DNA from: Octopus sinensis
Taxonomy: Eukaryota
Reading direction: 5' to 3'
Assembly: GCF_006345805.1 (NCBI RefSeq)
Contig: NC_042998.1
Coordinates: forward strand, 89,776,001 to 89,840,000
DNA: 64,000 nt
The notes below the pieces were generated by a model, which made no database searches, had not been told where the DNA came from, and saw only the letters and a list, made by a program, of their open reading frames with translations. The position numbers and the translations under genes were made by a program. This document shows positions 1-64,000 of the stretch, in pieces. How positions within the stretch are numbered: position 1 is the first letter of the stretch; every line of letters starts with the position of its first letter.

Positions 1-530
1 CCTATTGTTTGCGTGTTGTTTACGACAATGACTTGTTTGTTATTGAACCTCTCACCAGACAGCAATCGAACGCTGACTAGAATATTTTAAATCCACGTAA
101 CTTGTTCTTTCTTCCCACCTGTAACTGGGAATAGATGAATTCGTAGATACATACATACATACATACATACATACATACATACATACAAATGTACGTACAT
201 ACGTACGTACATGCAGAGAGAGAGAGGAACTAGAGATAGCTGCTTATAGAGGTATTTCATATATACACATGGTACATATTTAGAGCTAAGAGAACTGAAC
301 TGCTTCAATGAAAGTTTAGTTTCTGGGTCAGTGGTGATGATCAAATACATACAGAGGATCGTTCCATCAATAGGTCGGCATCTAACTGATTCAGTAAAAC
401 AAAACCCCCATTTTCTAAACTAATTCTAAATTCGTAGTCTATTCATATAACCACACCTTTTGTAGTCTAACAGTTGTGGGATATCAGATCTTGGAAACAT
501 TTTTACCAAAAGAAAAAGATCACATACATT

Positions 531-544
531 TGTTGTTACTGTTG

Positions 545-576
<32 letters not shown>

Positions 577-660
577 GGTGGTGGTGGTGGTGGTGGTGGT
601 GTGGTGGTGGTCCTGGTGCTGGTGCTGGTGGCGGTGGTGGTGGTGATGCTGCTGCTGCCA
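531..660. repeat. Compound (TGT)n(TGG)n(TGC)n microsatellite
   Basis: Seen directly. Confidence 0.95.
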
Positions 661-1289
661 CTGGCAGTGGTAGTGTTTGACCAAAGACGATTCTAATTAA
701 TCAGACCTAACATCAAAATCTTTCCACCAGTGACCATCCCATTTCTTTTGAGTGTATCAAACATATCCAATATGTCCTATTTTAAAATGGTGGGTGTACT
801 TTCTAGAAAAATTACCATTACTTGAAAGTCTTCTGATACTATATCTACCTCTTTACTTGCGCAGAATTCATTCTGTTGCAAGCATTCAGACTAAATCTGT
901 GGGCTGAGGATTAATTTGGTTGTTTCTACATTAGATGCAATATGATGTTAGTCCAAAAGTAGAGAGTGAAAAATAAAGTTAAAGTGGGAAATTACTGGAA
1001 ATAAAACAAAATAAGAATAATACAAAATAAAAGGAAAAGATGTCTGTTAAGTACAGAGGTACAGGGTGCTCAGGTTAAACTTGATGATAATTTTTTTTTT
1101 TGTATGTCTCCTTTTGTTTTCATGAATAACTTGATGTATTTATGAACAGTAAACAGAGTTGGAGGGTATAAAAATTTTAAATCGTAGTCAGGAAAAAGTT
1201 AGCTAACACGGAGGACTGGAAGTCATCTAAATATTGGAAAATAGTTACCTGTATTATGATGATTCGTGTTGGGTATCAAAATGCTGACA

Positions 1290-1900
1290 ACATGACTACT
1301 GCTCAATGTTCTGTGAACCCAATAAGAGGCCGTAACATGTGACATAGATAGCTGCAACAAAGACTACAAAACTATGGCCAGCAGAAAGGAATACAGCAAG
1401 TAATCTGTGTACACACACAGGAATTCATTTCCACATCTTTGAACAGTGCCTTGGCTCAATCCAGATGGCTATATGAAGCTGCTGGAGACTGTAGGCAAAC
1501 CCTGGCTAGATGGGGTTGCTGCTGGAAGGCCGTAATTTGGTACCAGGTTTTTGCCATACCCTCACAAAGAATCAGAAGTGGTTGTCACAGAATTTCTACA
1601 GCTTCACCAGTGCCAATTTCTGGCCTCCTAATTTCTTTGATAGTAAACCCATAGATTATGGGATGCTGTTGGGAAAGACACCAGCTGCTTGCCTGCAACA
1701 CCAAAACCGAGCTTGATGCCCAAGATCCAAAAGTTGTTCAAAGATCTTCTCTGATAAATGCATGCACTAGTTTCTGGAGCAGTCTTGAGACTGTGGTGGA
1801 AGCTGAAGGTGGCTACTTTGAGTAAACTATTATCTCCTGGACATAATCTAATTGATATATTTTGATTTTTTAGGTACTTTATTTTTTGGATGGGATATTG
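1290..1900 (+). mobile_element. Decayed Tc1/mariner transposase C-terminal relic
   Basis: QKWLSQNF...FWPPNFFDSKPIDY resembles the WPPNSPDLNPxDY motif. Confidence 0.6.
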
Positions 1901-3892
1901 TTTTCTTTTCCTTTTATAAAAACTGTCAAATTTAACTTGGACACCCAAATTTAGCATACTCAAAATCTGTACAAATGCATAAAATATGAATGTGGCTAGT
2001 GTTATCTGAATTGGGTTAAACTGGTAGATGAGCTAGATCTAAGAAATTGGGAGAAAAATATGGAAAGGCAAAGGGTTAATTAAAAAGAAACAATAAAGTA
2101 CTAAAGGACATACAGTGGGGTACCCTAATATGAATGGTTCTCTAAAGTAACCAATTGAATAGCGAACAGATTTTCTGAAGAGAAATAAACTCACACAAAG
2201 AGCTGACATTCATTCAACAAACCACAAGCAAACTACACACGCAAAGTGACTGAGTGAGTTGAAAAGTGACTTAGTGAGTTGAAATTTGAACATGAAATGA
2301 TGAGCTGACTACTGGAAGCCCATTCACTTAGAAAGCTGAAGTTTGAACAACAAGCCATGAGTAGATTACGCACATATATAAGTTGCTCAGAGAGCAAATA
2401 CAGATTAGTCATTAATGTCCATATACTTATTTCATGTAGCTTGCAAATTTTCATATTTTATATAGAAGATAATATTTCTCATTTTTTTGCAAAAAACAAA
2501 CCATGACAGAAGCTAGCCAAGGATGAAAATGCATGTTCATGCACAAACATATATTTATATATGTATGTATTTACTACAGATCGACAAATATAACATCATT
2601 TCACACCTTTATGTGGTGTTTCAGTATAGCTTCAAATAGATTACCCTTATTTATGTGTATTTCAATTACGCATGTAATGAACAAGGCTCCAGAACGAATT
2701 ATGTTCATATACAGAGACACCACTGTATCTATTTGTAATTTATTTATAAACAAAAAATATTTATAGCAAAAAGATATAGCAAAACTTTAAATAATTTAGA
2801 AGGAACTGGGCAATAAATATGTAGCTGGATGACTGAATAGATAGAGTAAAAAAAGTTTGATATCGTAGTAAGATAAGTAAATAAATCTAAAAATTGGATT
2901 AATTAATAGATACATTGAAAAAAAAACTATATAATGTTCCAATTATGAAGTTATTGCATTATTCCTACTCATTGCTGCAGAGGCTAAGTAAACAACTAAA
3001 AGGTTAGAATGGAAAGGATTAAGTTAAATGGAAAGTGATAAAGATGAATTAGCAAGGAAAGAAATCAGTCATAAACCTCATGCATAATTGAAACAAGGGA
3101 GTAAAGAAATTAAAAGACACTGAAGTTAGACTAGAGATATACTGTGTATACAGAGACAACATATGAAGATGGTTGTACATGTAGGTCCATCAGCAAAGAT
3201 ATGTGTAAAATTAGAGGAATAAAGTTTATCATGGCAATGTGATGTGTGGGGGAGGGGTGTGTTTGTATGCATGCACATTTGTTTATGTGCATGTGTCTGT
3301 ATGTGTGCATGTACATACATTAGAGAATAAAGGATGTATTTTGTAAATAAAATAAGAAGTAAATAACAGAATTTTGGACGTATTTGTTTGCTAGAGATGT
3401 ATTCAAAACGTTAGTGGGTGTGTATATGGGATGAGATTAATCATTTAATCATTTAAAAACATAATTGGTTTTTAGATATTTCAGATTTCAAATGCAGGTT
3501 TCTCCAAGAAAAATCTAACTTAGGGTGTCTGTCAAGCAATTGCAGTTCAGATATAATATTTCTAAATCTCCAAAGTGACTCTTAAGGCACAGTCCATTTA
3601 GATGTAGAAAGAGACTAACTGTTGGTAGAACTGATCATTGTGAGCTAGTAATTTAATCCATAATTAATCATATATGATTGATTTTTTTTACCTAGGGCAT
3701 CAGATAACACAAAAGAATTGACATGATTACAAAACAAAGATGTTGAGGCATTTAAGCAGATAAGAATGTTAAGGAAGTGAGAGACAGATGAAATTATTAA
3801 GATAGTGAGACAAATGTATTTTAGTGAACTAGTGAAATAGTTGAAATAAGGAAACTGATGGACTGATTGAGGTAGTAAAACAGCTGGAGCCA

Positions 3893-4020
3893 TGGAGGTA
3901 ATGAGATAGCTATAATTATTGAGGAACCAAGACTGGTGTTGCTGGGGAGGTTAGACAGGCTGAGTTGGGATTGTTGAAGCAGGGAGAAGAATGGAGTTGC
4001 TTAAAGACTGACATAGATGG
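3893..4020. repeat. ~125-nt repeat in inverted orientation to 6055-6180
   Basis: gttgggattgttgaagcagggagaagaatggagttgcttaaaga is the reverse complement of the sequence at about 6069-6112. Confidence 0.85.
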
Positions 4021-5754
4021 AAAAGTTTATTTGGTAACAGATGATCCATGTTAAAACCGGTGATGGTGTCATGTAAAAAGCACCAAGTACATTCTGTACA
4101 CATTGTACATACTGTAAAGTGGTTGGCATCCTACTGTAGACACTATATCAAAACAGACAATGGAACCCAATGTGGCTCCCAGCCTTGGTAGCTCCTGTCA
4201 AACTGTGCAGCCCATGTCAGCATGATAATGATGATGATGATACATGTCTTAGCTTGTTGACAGAATTCACCATTTGAGTTTGAAAAGCATATCAAAAGAC
4301 TATAAATGATACAAGACGGTAATAAGGTAACTGACTTCCTACTGGGATTTTGCAATAAGTTTGTGCTGACTAAATCTTTTTCTGAAAGAGTTGGTGGGAT
4401 CAGTCAATATAAAAGTTGGAATTGGCTATGACTGTAGTTCAATAGATACTTTCTTTCACTTCATTACTTTCTATGAAAGCAAAAGTGTCAGCATTGACAC
4501 AGTTGCTGTTAGGAAAGTTTGGTAATTATGACGGGTTTTTTTGAAATTTTGTGAAATCGTAGGCTATAGAATAGAAAAGCTTTATAGTGTTTTCTTTTAG
4601 TGGTTTATACTATTTTTATTAAGCGATCTTTGTACAAGGGTTTTAAGAAAGGTTTGGTTATAGGAGTAATTACAGATTCAATTGTGGATTAAACTAATTA
4701 ATGTGTATATATTTAGCAAAAGTGGATGTATATTTGGATTATATTTTACTTCTTCAGAAAATCTGTCTTGTCTAAGCTCTTCTTAAATTTGCTTCATTAA
4801 ATACATGTTCTTTAGAAGATACAAAGAAAGTCTTTAAAAAAAAATTCTTTTTTTACAATACATTGCGTATCTAACCCTGTTAGTTGGAAGCTCCCTGCTC
4901 TGATGAAAAATAGACAGAAAAGCATAAGTTGATAGCACTACAATACTATATAGAATTCCACAAATATATTAAAACTGAAATACAAATCAATTTCCACAAT
5001 ATATTTGCTCATACATATAAAATTATGATTAAAAGGCAGGGCTTTATTACTTAAAAATTAGCTTCAAAGTAACAGTGAGAAATTTTTAACCCTCTGATGA
5101 TTATTTTTAACCAGTTACAAATACTGATAAAACAGGGCAATAAAAAAAATGCCACACTCATCTGCTTCCTTTAGAGAGCTAAGGAAGATTATTTTTCTGA
5201 GTTAAAAATAAATAAGGAAATGAGAAAAAAATCATTAATAAAAAGAAAAAACCCAAACACAATCTTAGAAGCTGTTTATGTATGTGTGAGAGAGAGAGTA
5301 AGTGGTGGAGGCAGGCAGAAATAAGGTTAATACTTTAAAGCCAGTTTAGAACTAACAATTGATTATTTAATGGTGATATAACTGTATTCTGAGAATAAAA
5401 TCAAATTATTTGTTAAATTCCATTCAAACTGAGCTACACAATGTGTGTGTGTGTGTGTGTGTGCGTGCACACATACACGCGTGCATGCGTGTGTGTGTGT
5501 GCCAAACTTTAATGTTAGTCAAATCCATGCTGGATCCAGTCAAACCCACTTGAAATGTGCTTCAAGAGAGGCTGCAGATCAATCACTCTGCAAAGCTCTA
5601 ACTAGGTTTGGAATCATTGGTGCAGCAAAGATGTTGAGGGGGGGATATATTCCACCAGGCAATCCACAAAAAGTTATGAAAGAGACAAAAATTAAAACTT
5701 TAACATTGTTGTTTATGGTTTCATATTTAATATAATCTTCATTATTTTTCACAG

Positions 5755-57965
<52,211 letters not shown>

Positions 57966-58937
57966 GTAAGTTGCATTCAACTCAATTTCTTCAGCTTTCA
58001 CTTATCAGCATTTTTCTGGTGAAATGGTAAAAACAGACAAGAAAAACCTAATATGACAAAAACTTAATGAAAATCTCAAACAAATACTATTTACTATTCA
58101 TTTATGAATCATCCACATCCTCAACATGATGACTTAGTTCTCACAATCAGCTCTCCATTTTTATTCTTATGGCAGTGGAAAACACTTCAAAATACTGAAA
58201 CAAGCTGGAAAGCAAACAAGGAACAATAGGTCCAGGCTATCATATAGCGTCAAACTCACAGCACAAAGATTCTGCATGTGATTCCAGCATAGCATACTCT
58301 TATGTGTTGATAGTTTTCACTACGTTTTTAGTTTTCAATTTGCTAAGACACATACAGCTGCTTAGTAAAGAGTAAATAGAATTATTTTGTATAAAGTATT
58401 TAATTACTACCCATGCTATGAACTAGTTATCTATAGCATTAATTCGTTTTGAAAATTACTGTACAATCACTTTCTTTCTGTACCTCATACAAAACACTGA
58501 ATTCATCAATTGTTAATCATTAATCCCATCGAGTGAAAACAAAATTCCTCTAACAGTTTAAATGAGATGATTAATATCAGCTAGAATTACTTAAATCTCT
58601 GACAATGGTAACTGTTTTACTCTCTCAAATTAAAACGACTCTGATCAACCTCATATATGACTCTCCTTTAGCATCTCATCTCTATAGAGAGCGTGACCAA
58701 AAGCTACTGATTAATATTTAAAAAAACCTAAAATGTAACAGAACAAAATAAGGTCAGAGTGACTGCTAAAATATACTATGATATTAGCAAGCATATAGCT
58801 CCAGCAAACAGGAAAATTCAATCTTCTTTTAAAATAAGGAGAGAAATCCTATTCACCTCAAAGATCATTCAGGTAAATTCACCTCAAAGATACATTCATG
58901 TAAATTCAGCATGTAGTAGTAGTTATATATATATATA

Positions 58938-58985
<48 letters not shown>

Positions 58986-59610
58986 TTCAAAATTTCAGCT
59001 CAGAGCTGCGGCCATGCTGATGCACCGCCGTTTTGTGCTACACTGTTATTACTAGGAGACTCCTCTAATATGTGGCACTTGATGAAGAATGGAGTTTGAT
59101 ATAGCTACCCTCATTTGCACCTCTTGCTGTGAGGTAGGCTCATCTGGGACTCTCGACAAGAAGAGGTCCAGCTTTGATTTAAAAACCCCTACATCTACTT
59201 TGTGTAAGTTCCTCAGACTCTTTGGGAGAATATTAAAAAGCTGTGGGCCCTTGAAACACAGGCTGTTGCAGTAACTGGTCTTGAAGCATGATGGCATTGC
59301 TGAGATCTTTGGCACCAGGCAGTGTCGTCCCATTCTGGCATTGGTGTAGCTTTCAATGCCAAAATTTGGCACAATTCCTTCCAGGATCTTCCAGATTTAT
59401 ATTACAGCATACCTCTCCCATCTTCTCTCCAGGGAGTAGAGTCTTAGCTGTTTCAACCTTTCCCAGTAGCTGAGCTGTTGCAAAGAGACAATCTTCTTTG
59501 TGAATCTTCTCTGCATTGCTTCAAGGTCCGCTGTTAATTTCACTCTGGTGGGTGACCATAGCTGTGAGCAGTAATCCAGGCAGCTGAGGACGAATGTCCG
59601 CCAGAGGACC
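58986..59610 (-). mobile_element. CR1-group LINE 3' fragment with intact tail
   Basis: LDYCSQLWSP...LRLYSLERR...FKSKLDLFLSRVPDEP with one in-frame stop; tail ggtgcatcagcatggccgcagctctgagctgaaa. Confidence 0.85.
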
Positions 59611-59802
59611 ATATATATACATGGATATAGATTATATGGATATAGATATAGATGTATATATACGTATTGGAACCTGGTGTAGCCTTCTGGCTCACCAGCC
59701 CTCAATCAAACCGTCCAACCCATGCCAGCATGGAAAGCAGATGTTAAACGACGATAATAATGATTATGATAATATGTATGTATATATATATATATATATA
59801 TA

Positions 59803-61785
59803 TAAAACTTAGATAAAACTTAGATATGTTTCGACCAGAGATTGGTCCAGGCCATGTCTAACTTAATAGCACCACCTGATAGGATTATTCGAATCCTGTT
59901 TAAGTCAAGTTTTGTTTATGGTCCATTCAAGTAGTGAGTTCTTGTTGGGTGAGTTGTATCCAATTATGGGTGGCTTATCTGGTATTCTTTGAAGGAATCT
60001 ATTCAGACTCTGTTTAAAGTTGATGGGATCCTTTTCCTCTTTGATCTCCCTCGGGACAATGTTAAGTAGGGCAGGGCCTGTTGAGGAAAAGAAATTATGT
60101 TGCAGTGCACATGTATGCTGTGATCTTGAATTGGGCAGGGGACGTATGGCCCGTGGTCCCAGTCTTGGATGAACCTTGAAGCTAATGTTAAGGCCGTTTG
60201 GGCAAAGTTGGCGGTATATTCTCCACATCGTACAAATGATGTACCACTCACGGCGACGCTGGAGAGAGTAAAGTTTCAAGGCTTTAAGGCGATCCCAATA
60301 ATCGAGAGCAGCCATGCCTTCAATTCGTCTAGTGAGTGCCCTCTGGGATGACTCAAACCTGGAGATGTTTTGTCTTGTATGGGGAGACCACAGTGGGCAG
60401 CAATATTCGAGGTGTGGCCGTACAAAGGAGGAGAAAAGTGGTATGATGACACCTTGTTCTCTGGACCGGAAAGTTCTTAAGATCCAGGAACTCATTCTAC
60501 GAGCTATATCAACCTTCTTGTTGATGTGTGCACTCCAACTGAGATCGTCATCAACAATGACACCCAGGTCTCTGATATTGTTAGAGGCTGTGAGCGGTTC
60601 CCCTGAAGGAAGAGAGTATGGCTGTTTTAGTGAGGAATTTCTTCCAAAATGCATCAGCTCAAATTTTCCCTCATTCAGTTGCATTTTGTTTCTGTCTGCC
60701 CATTGACTCACAGCATATAGATCAGACTGGAGTTGAATTCGGTCTGCTTCTTCATTGACGATTTGCTGGAGCTTAGTGTCATCAGCAAATATTTTCACTT
60801 TGCAGTAATGTACGGCACTGGAAAGGTCGTTTATGTAAATTATGAAGAGTAGCGGACCCAAGACAGTCCCCTGGGGAACACCACTGGTGACTTTTGCTGG
60901 GCTTGAGTGGACTCCATCAACTACAACATGTTGTGTTCCATTCGCCAGGAAATACTTAATCCAGTGTAGAACTTTTCCATGGATTCCAACATTTGCCAAT
61001 TTTGAGAGTAGGATATTATGGTCTACCCTGCCGAATGCTTTACTGAAGTCAAGATATATGACGTCAGAGTTCAAACCTGTTCCCAAGGCTTTGAGTACAT
61101 CTTCAATGTGGTGTAAGAGCTGTGTTAGACAGTCCCTGCCACAGCGAAAGCCATGCTGATTTGAATTTAGGAGTTTGTGGGTCTCCAGGAAGTCAGCTAT
61201 CCTTGATCTTAACATTCTTTCAAACACTTTAATGATGTGGGAGGTGAGTGAGATTGGGCGATAGTTGATTGCGAGGGATCTGTTTCCATGTTTGAAAACC
61301 AGGATGACCGACTGGGATAGAAACTGTTTCGGTATATAACCTGCGTCTAACGAATTTCTCCAGAGGTTGGTCAGAGGGATAGCAAGTTGGTGTCTACATT
61401 CCTTCAGGAGACTAGCGGGAAATCTATCAGGGCCTACAGCAAAGTAGTATTTGACCTCATTTATTTCTGCTATGATGTCAGTGGCAGTGAAGGTTATGTC
61501 TGAGATTTTATGCTGGGAGTCAACTTCGTTCGCTTCTCTTACGCCAATATCAGTGAGAACACTAAAGACAGAGCAGTATTGTTTCTGCAGTATTTCTGCC
61601 ATTTCTTTAGCATCGTGTTGGGGAATGCTGTTATCATCAATCAATGGCCCAATGGGTGAGACAGTGGTTCTATGCTTATTTGCATAAGAATAGAACACTT
61701 TTGGGTTCTGTTTGATGTTTTTGATTACCCACTGTTCCTCCACAGCTCTTTGATTTTCAATGGAGGTTTTCATGTCGGTCTGCAG

Positions 61786-61786
<1 letters not shown>
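59803..61786 (-). mobile_element. 5'-truncated CR1-group LINE with an open RT ORF (59905-61786)
   Basis: NYRPISL, YLDFSKAF, GVPQGTVLGPLLF, FADD, RPHLEYCCPLWSP; 3' stem-loop and short tandem tail (atctaagtttt)x2; truncated at a (TA)n array. Confidence 0.93.
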
Positions 61787-61818
<32 letters not shown>

Positions 61819-61821
61819 TTC

Positions 61822-61876
<55 letters not shown>

Positions 61877-64000
61877 TATATATATATATAATATATATAT
61901 ATATATAATATATATATATATTTATATCTACATATATTTATACATACATATATATATATGTAGATATATATATATATATATTATATATATATATATGTAT
62001 ATAATAAAGGCATACATATATACATGTGTGCATATATATGTCAAACGATCATAAGATGCTTAAAATAAGTAATTCAAAACTTTTAAACTGTCATATATAT
62101 TATATATTTCTAATTATACATATTTACATATATCTTTATACATATTCATAATTATTCATCTATATATTTTTAATACAATTATTTTTTGCACATGTATATC
62201 TTTCTGAGGAGTTTTTATATTGATTTCCTAATATCAATAATATACTATTAAATATATATATATACACATATATATTAAATAAATACATAAATATATATAT
62301 ATGTATATATTTATGTGTGTATATATATATATATGTGTGTGTAGGTATGTATGTATGTTTATGTATATGTGTGTGTATATATATATGTGTGTGTGTGTGT
62401 ATATATCATCACCATTGTTTAACACCCTGTATATATATATATATATATATATTCATATATATATATATATCATCATTATCATCATCATCATCATACATAT
62501 CATCATTGCCACCCTCTTCATTATATGTCTGCTTACGATACTGTAATACTATGGAGCAGGCAGATTGTCATGGTTCAGACCAGTTCTTATTTGGAGTTCA
62601 TGCTTTCCTAAACATGAACTCCAATTTCATGTTTAGCTGAGCTAAAAACAAAAATAATTCTTGCTTATACATTTACATTTTTGGCATAGTTTCCACAACT
62701 GGATTCCTCCTTTGTGTCAAATACTTTATAAAAGGTACTGTTGATAATGATGAAGAGAATGGTGAGGATGTACATGTGTATATGCAAACTTTTAAAATAT
62801 AGCTTGATATATTACCACTAACAGATACTAGGCATGCTGCTGTAAATTTGGTTTCCAGTGTTTCTTTTGCTTTAACTTATCTATTTTTAAAAGCATTTTT
62901 ACTGAATATATTTTTAAATATTCTTGCTGTTCATTTATTTTTCTTCTATGTAGTCATTTTATACTGCCAGATGTTATTTAAATGTTTGATATCTATTTTT
63001 TTTATTAAATATGGCATGCTGTTTTGCCTTTGGCTAACTGCTAACCTTTCTCTTTGTTTACTCCAGAGACATTTTTGTTTGTTGTGATATAAACACTCAT
63101 ACAATACTTTGTATTGTGTTTACAAATTGTTTATATATTACATGATTGCCACATGTTACAATTCTTTCCTGCCCCCACCCATCATTCATATATATATATT
63201 TGAGGCTATTTGTGCAAGTTTCATAAATTTAGGTAAACTACAAGATTACTGATATAATGTGATGATGAATAGATATGTACAAGGAGTATTATCTATACAT
63301 TATATAAACTCAGTATGGCCAAATGTTTAAGAAGTCTGCATTGCAACCACAAGGTCCTGGGTTCAATTCCACAGTATGTTATCTTAGGTAAATGCCAGTT
63401 TTTACAGCCTTAAGCCAATCCATATCTTGTGAGTGAAATTATATAGGTGAAAACTGTGGAAGCTGGTCAAGTGGATTGCATCTATAACTGAAAGATACAT
63501 GCATATTCTATATGAAAATTATGTTAAGAGTACACATTCCTGTGAACTTGTCAACCCACTTACATACTAACTCAATGAGTAAATAATTCAGTTAATCATG
63601 TAACTGAATCCTTATTGTTGAAACTATTGGAGGCCCACCCATCTATGTATATGTTTAGTAAAGGTATTCTTACTTTTACTATGAAATTAAGCTCTGTAAT
63701 CAAACCATATAGCTTTTAGTAGCATCAAATTCTTATTGAGTTAACTAGTTTCATCATACTTACCTCTCATCAGAATTCATTGTCTTTACCTTCCAAATGA
63801 TAGCAACAGAAAGCTATTTACTATCATGTAAGCAAGATTGAGGATGTCATTAGAAATTACGGGACCCAGCAAATAAAGTGAGTTCACTGCTTTAACCTAC
63901 ACCAGTGTCGCATAACCAGCCTACTCAAAAGTACCTTGGATCATAGGGTAACATGCCATGCTTGAGGAGACCTTCTTACTTACTAGAACTTTGGTCTTTG

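Noticed and set aside
474-680. ORF with poly-Cys/poly-Trp/poly-Gly
   Set aside because: Translation of a compound trinucleotide microsatellite; no splice or homology support.
57966-64000. Endostatin-domain exons
   Set aside because: No recognisable endostatin motifs found; presumably downstream of the window.

Overview
Eukaryotic, AT-rich, microsatellite-dense animal DNA; the SINE/LINE/Penelope repertoire suggests a coleoid cephalopod (Octopus-like), which is an inference. The window lies inside one large + strand gene, a multiplexin (collagen XV/XVIII family). I reconstructed 18 GT-AG exons (5755-57965) that join in phase into 752 codons of interrupted Gly-X-Y repeats followed by the NC1 trimerization domain and a 24-nt microexon. 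The N-terminal and endostatin exons are not visible and presumably lie outside the window. The introns hold a near full-length RTE LINE broken by one TAG, a non-autonomous derivative of it, CR1-group, RTE and R4/Dong-like LINE fragments, two Penelope-like (GIY-YIG) elements with inverted arms, two non-autonomous Helitrons, Tc1/mariner/pogo relics and many SINEs. The most interesting signals are RNA structures: canonical and atypical hammerhead ribozyme folds in Penelope termini (some in the host-sense orientation), a pseudoknot-rich 5' module shared by the RTE and its derivative (candidate new ribozyme or 5'-processing element), and several long intronic inverted repeats. All structures and identities were read by eye; repeat boundaries are approximate.
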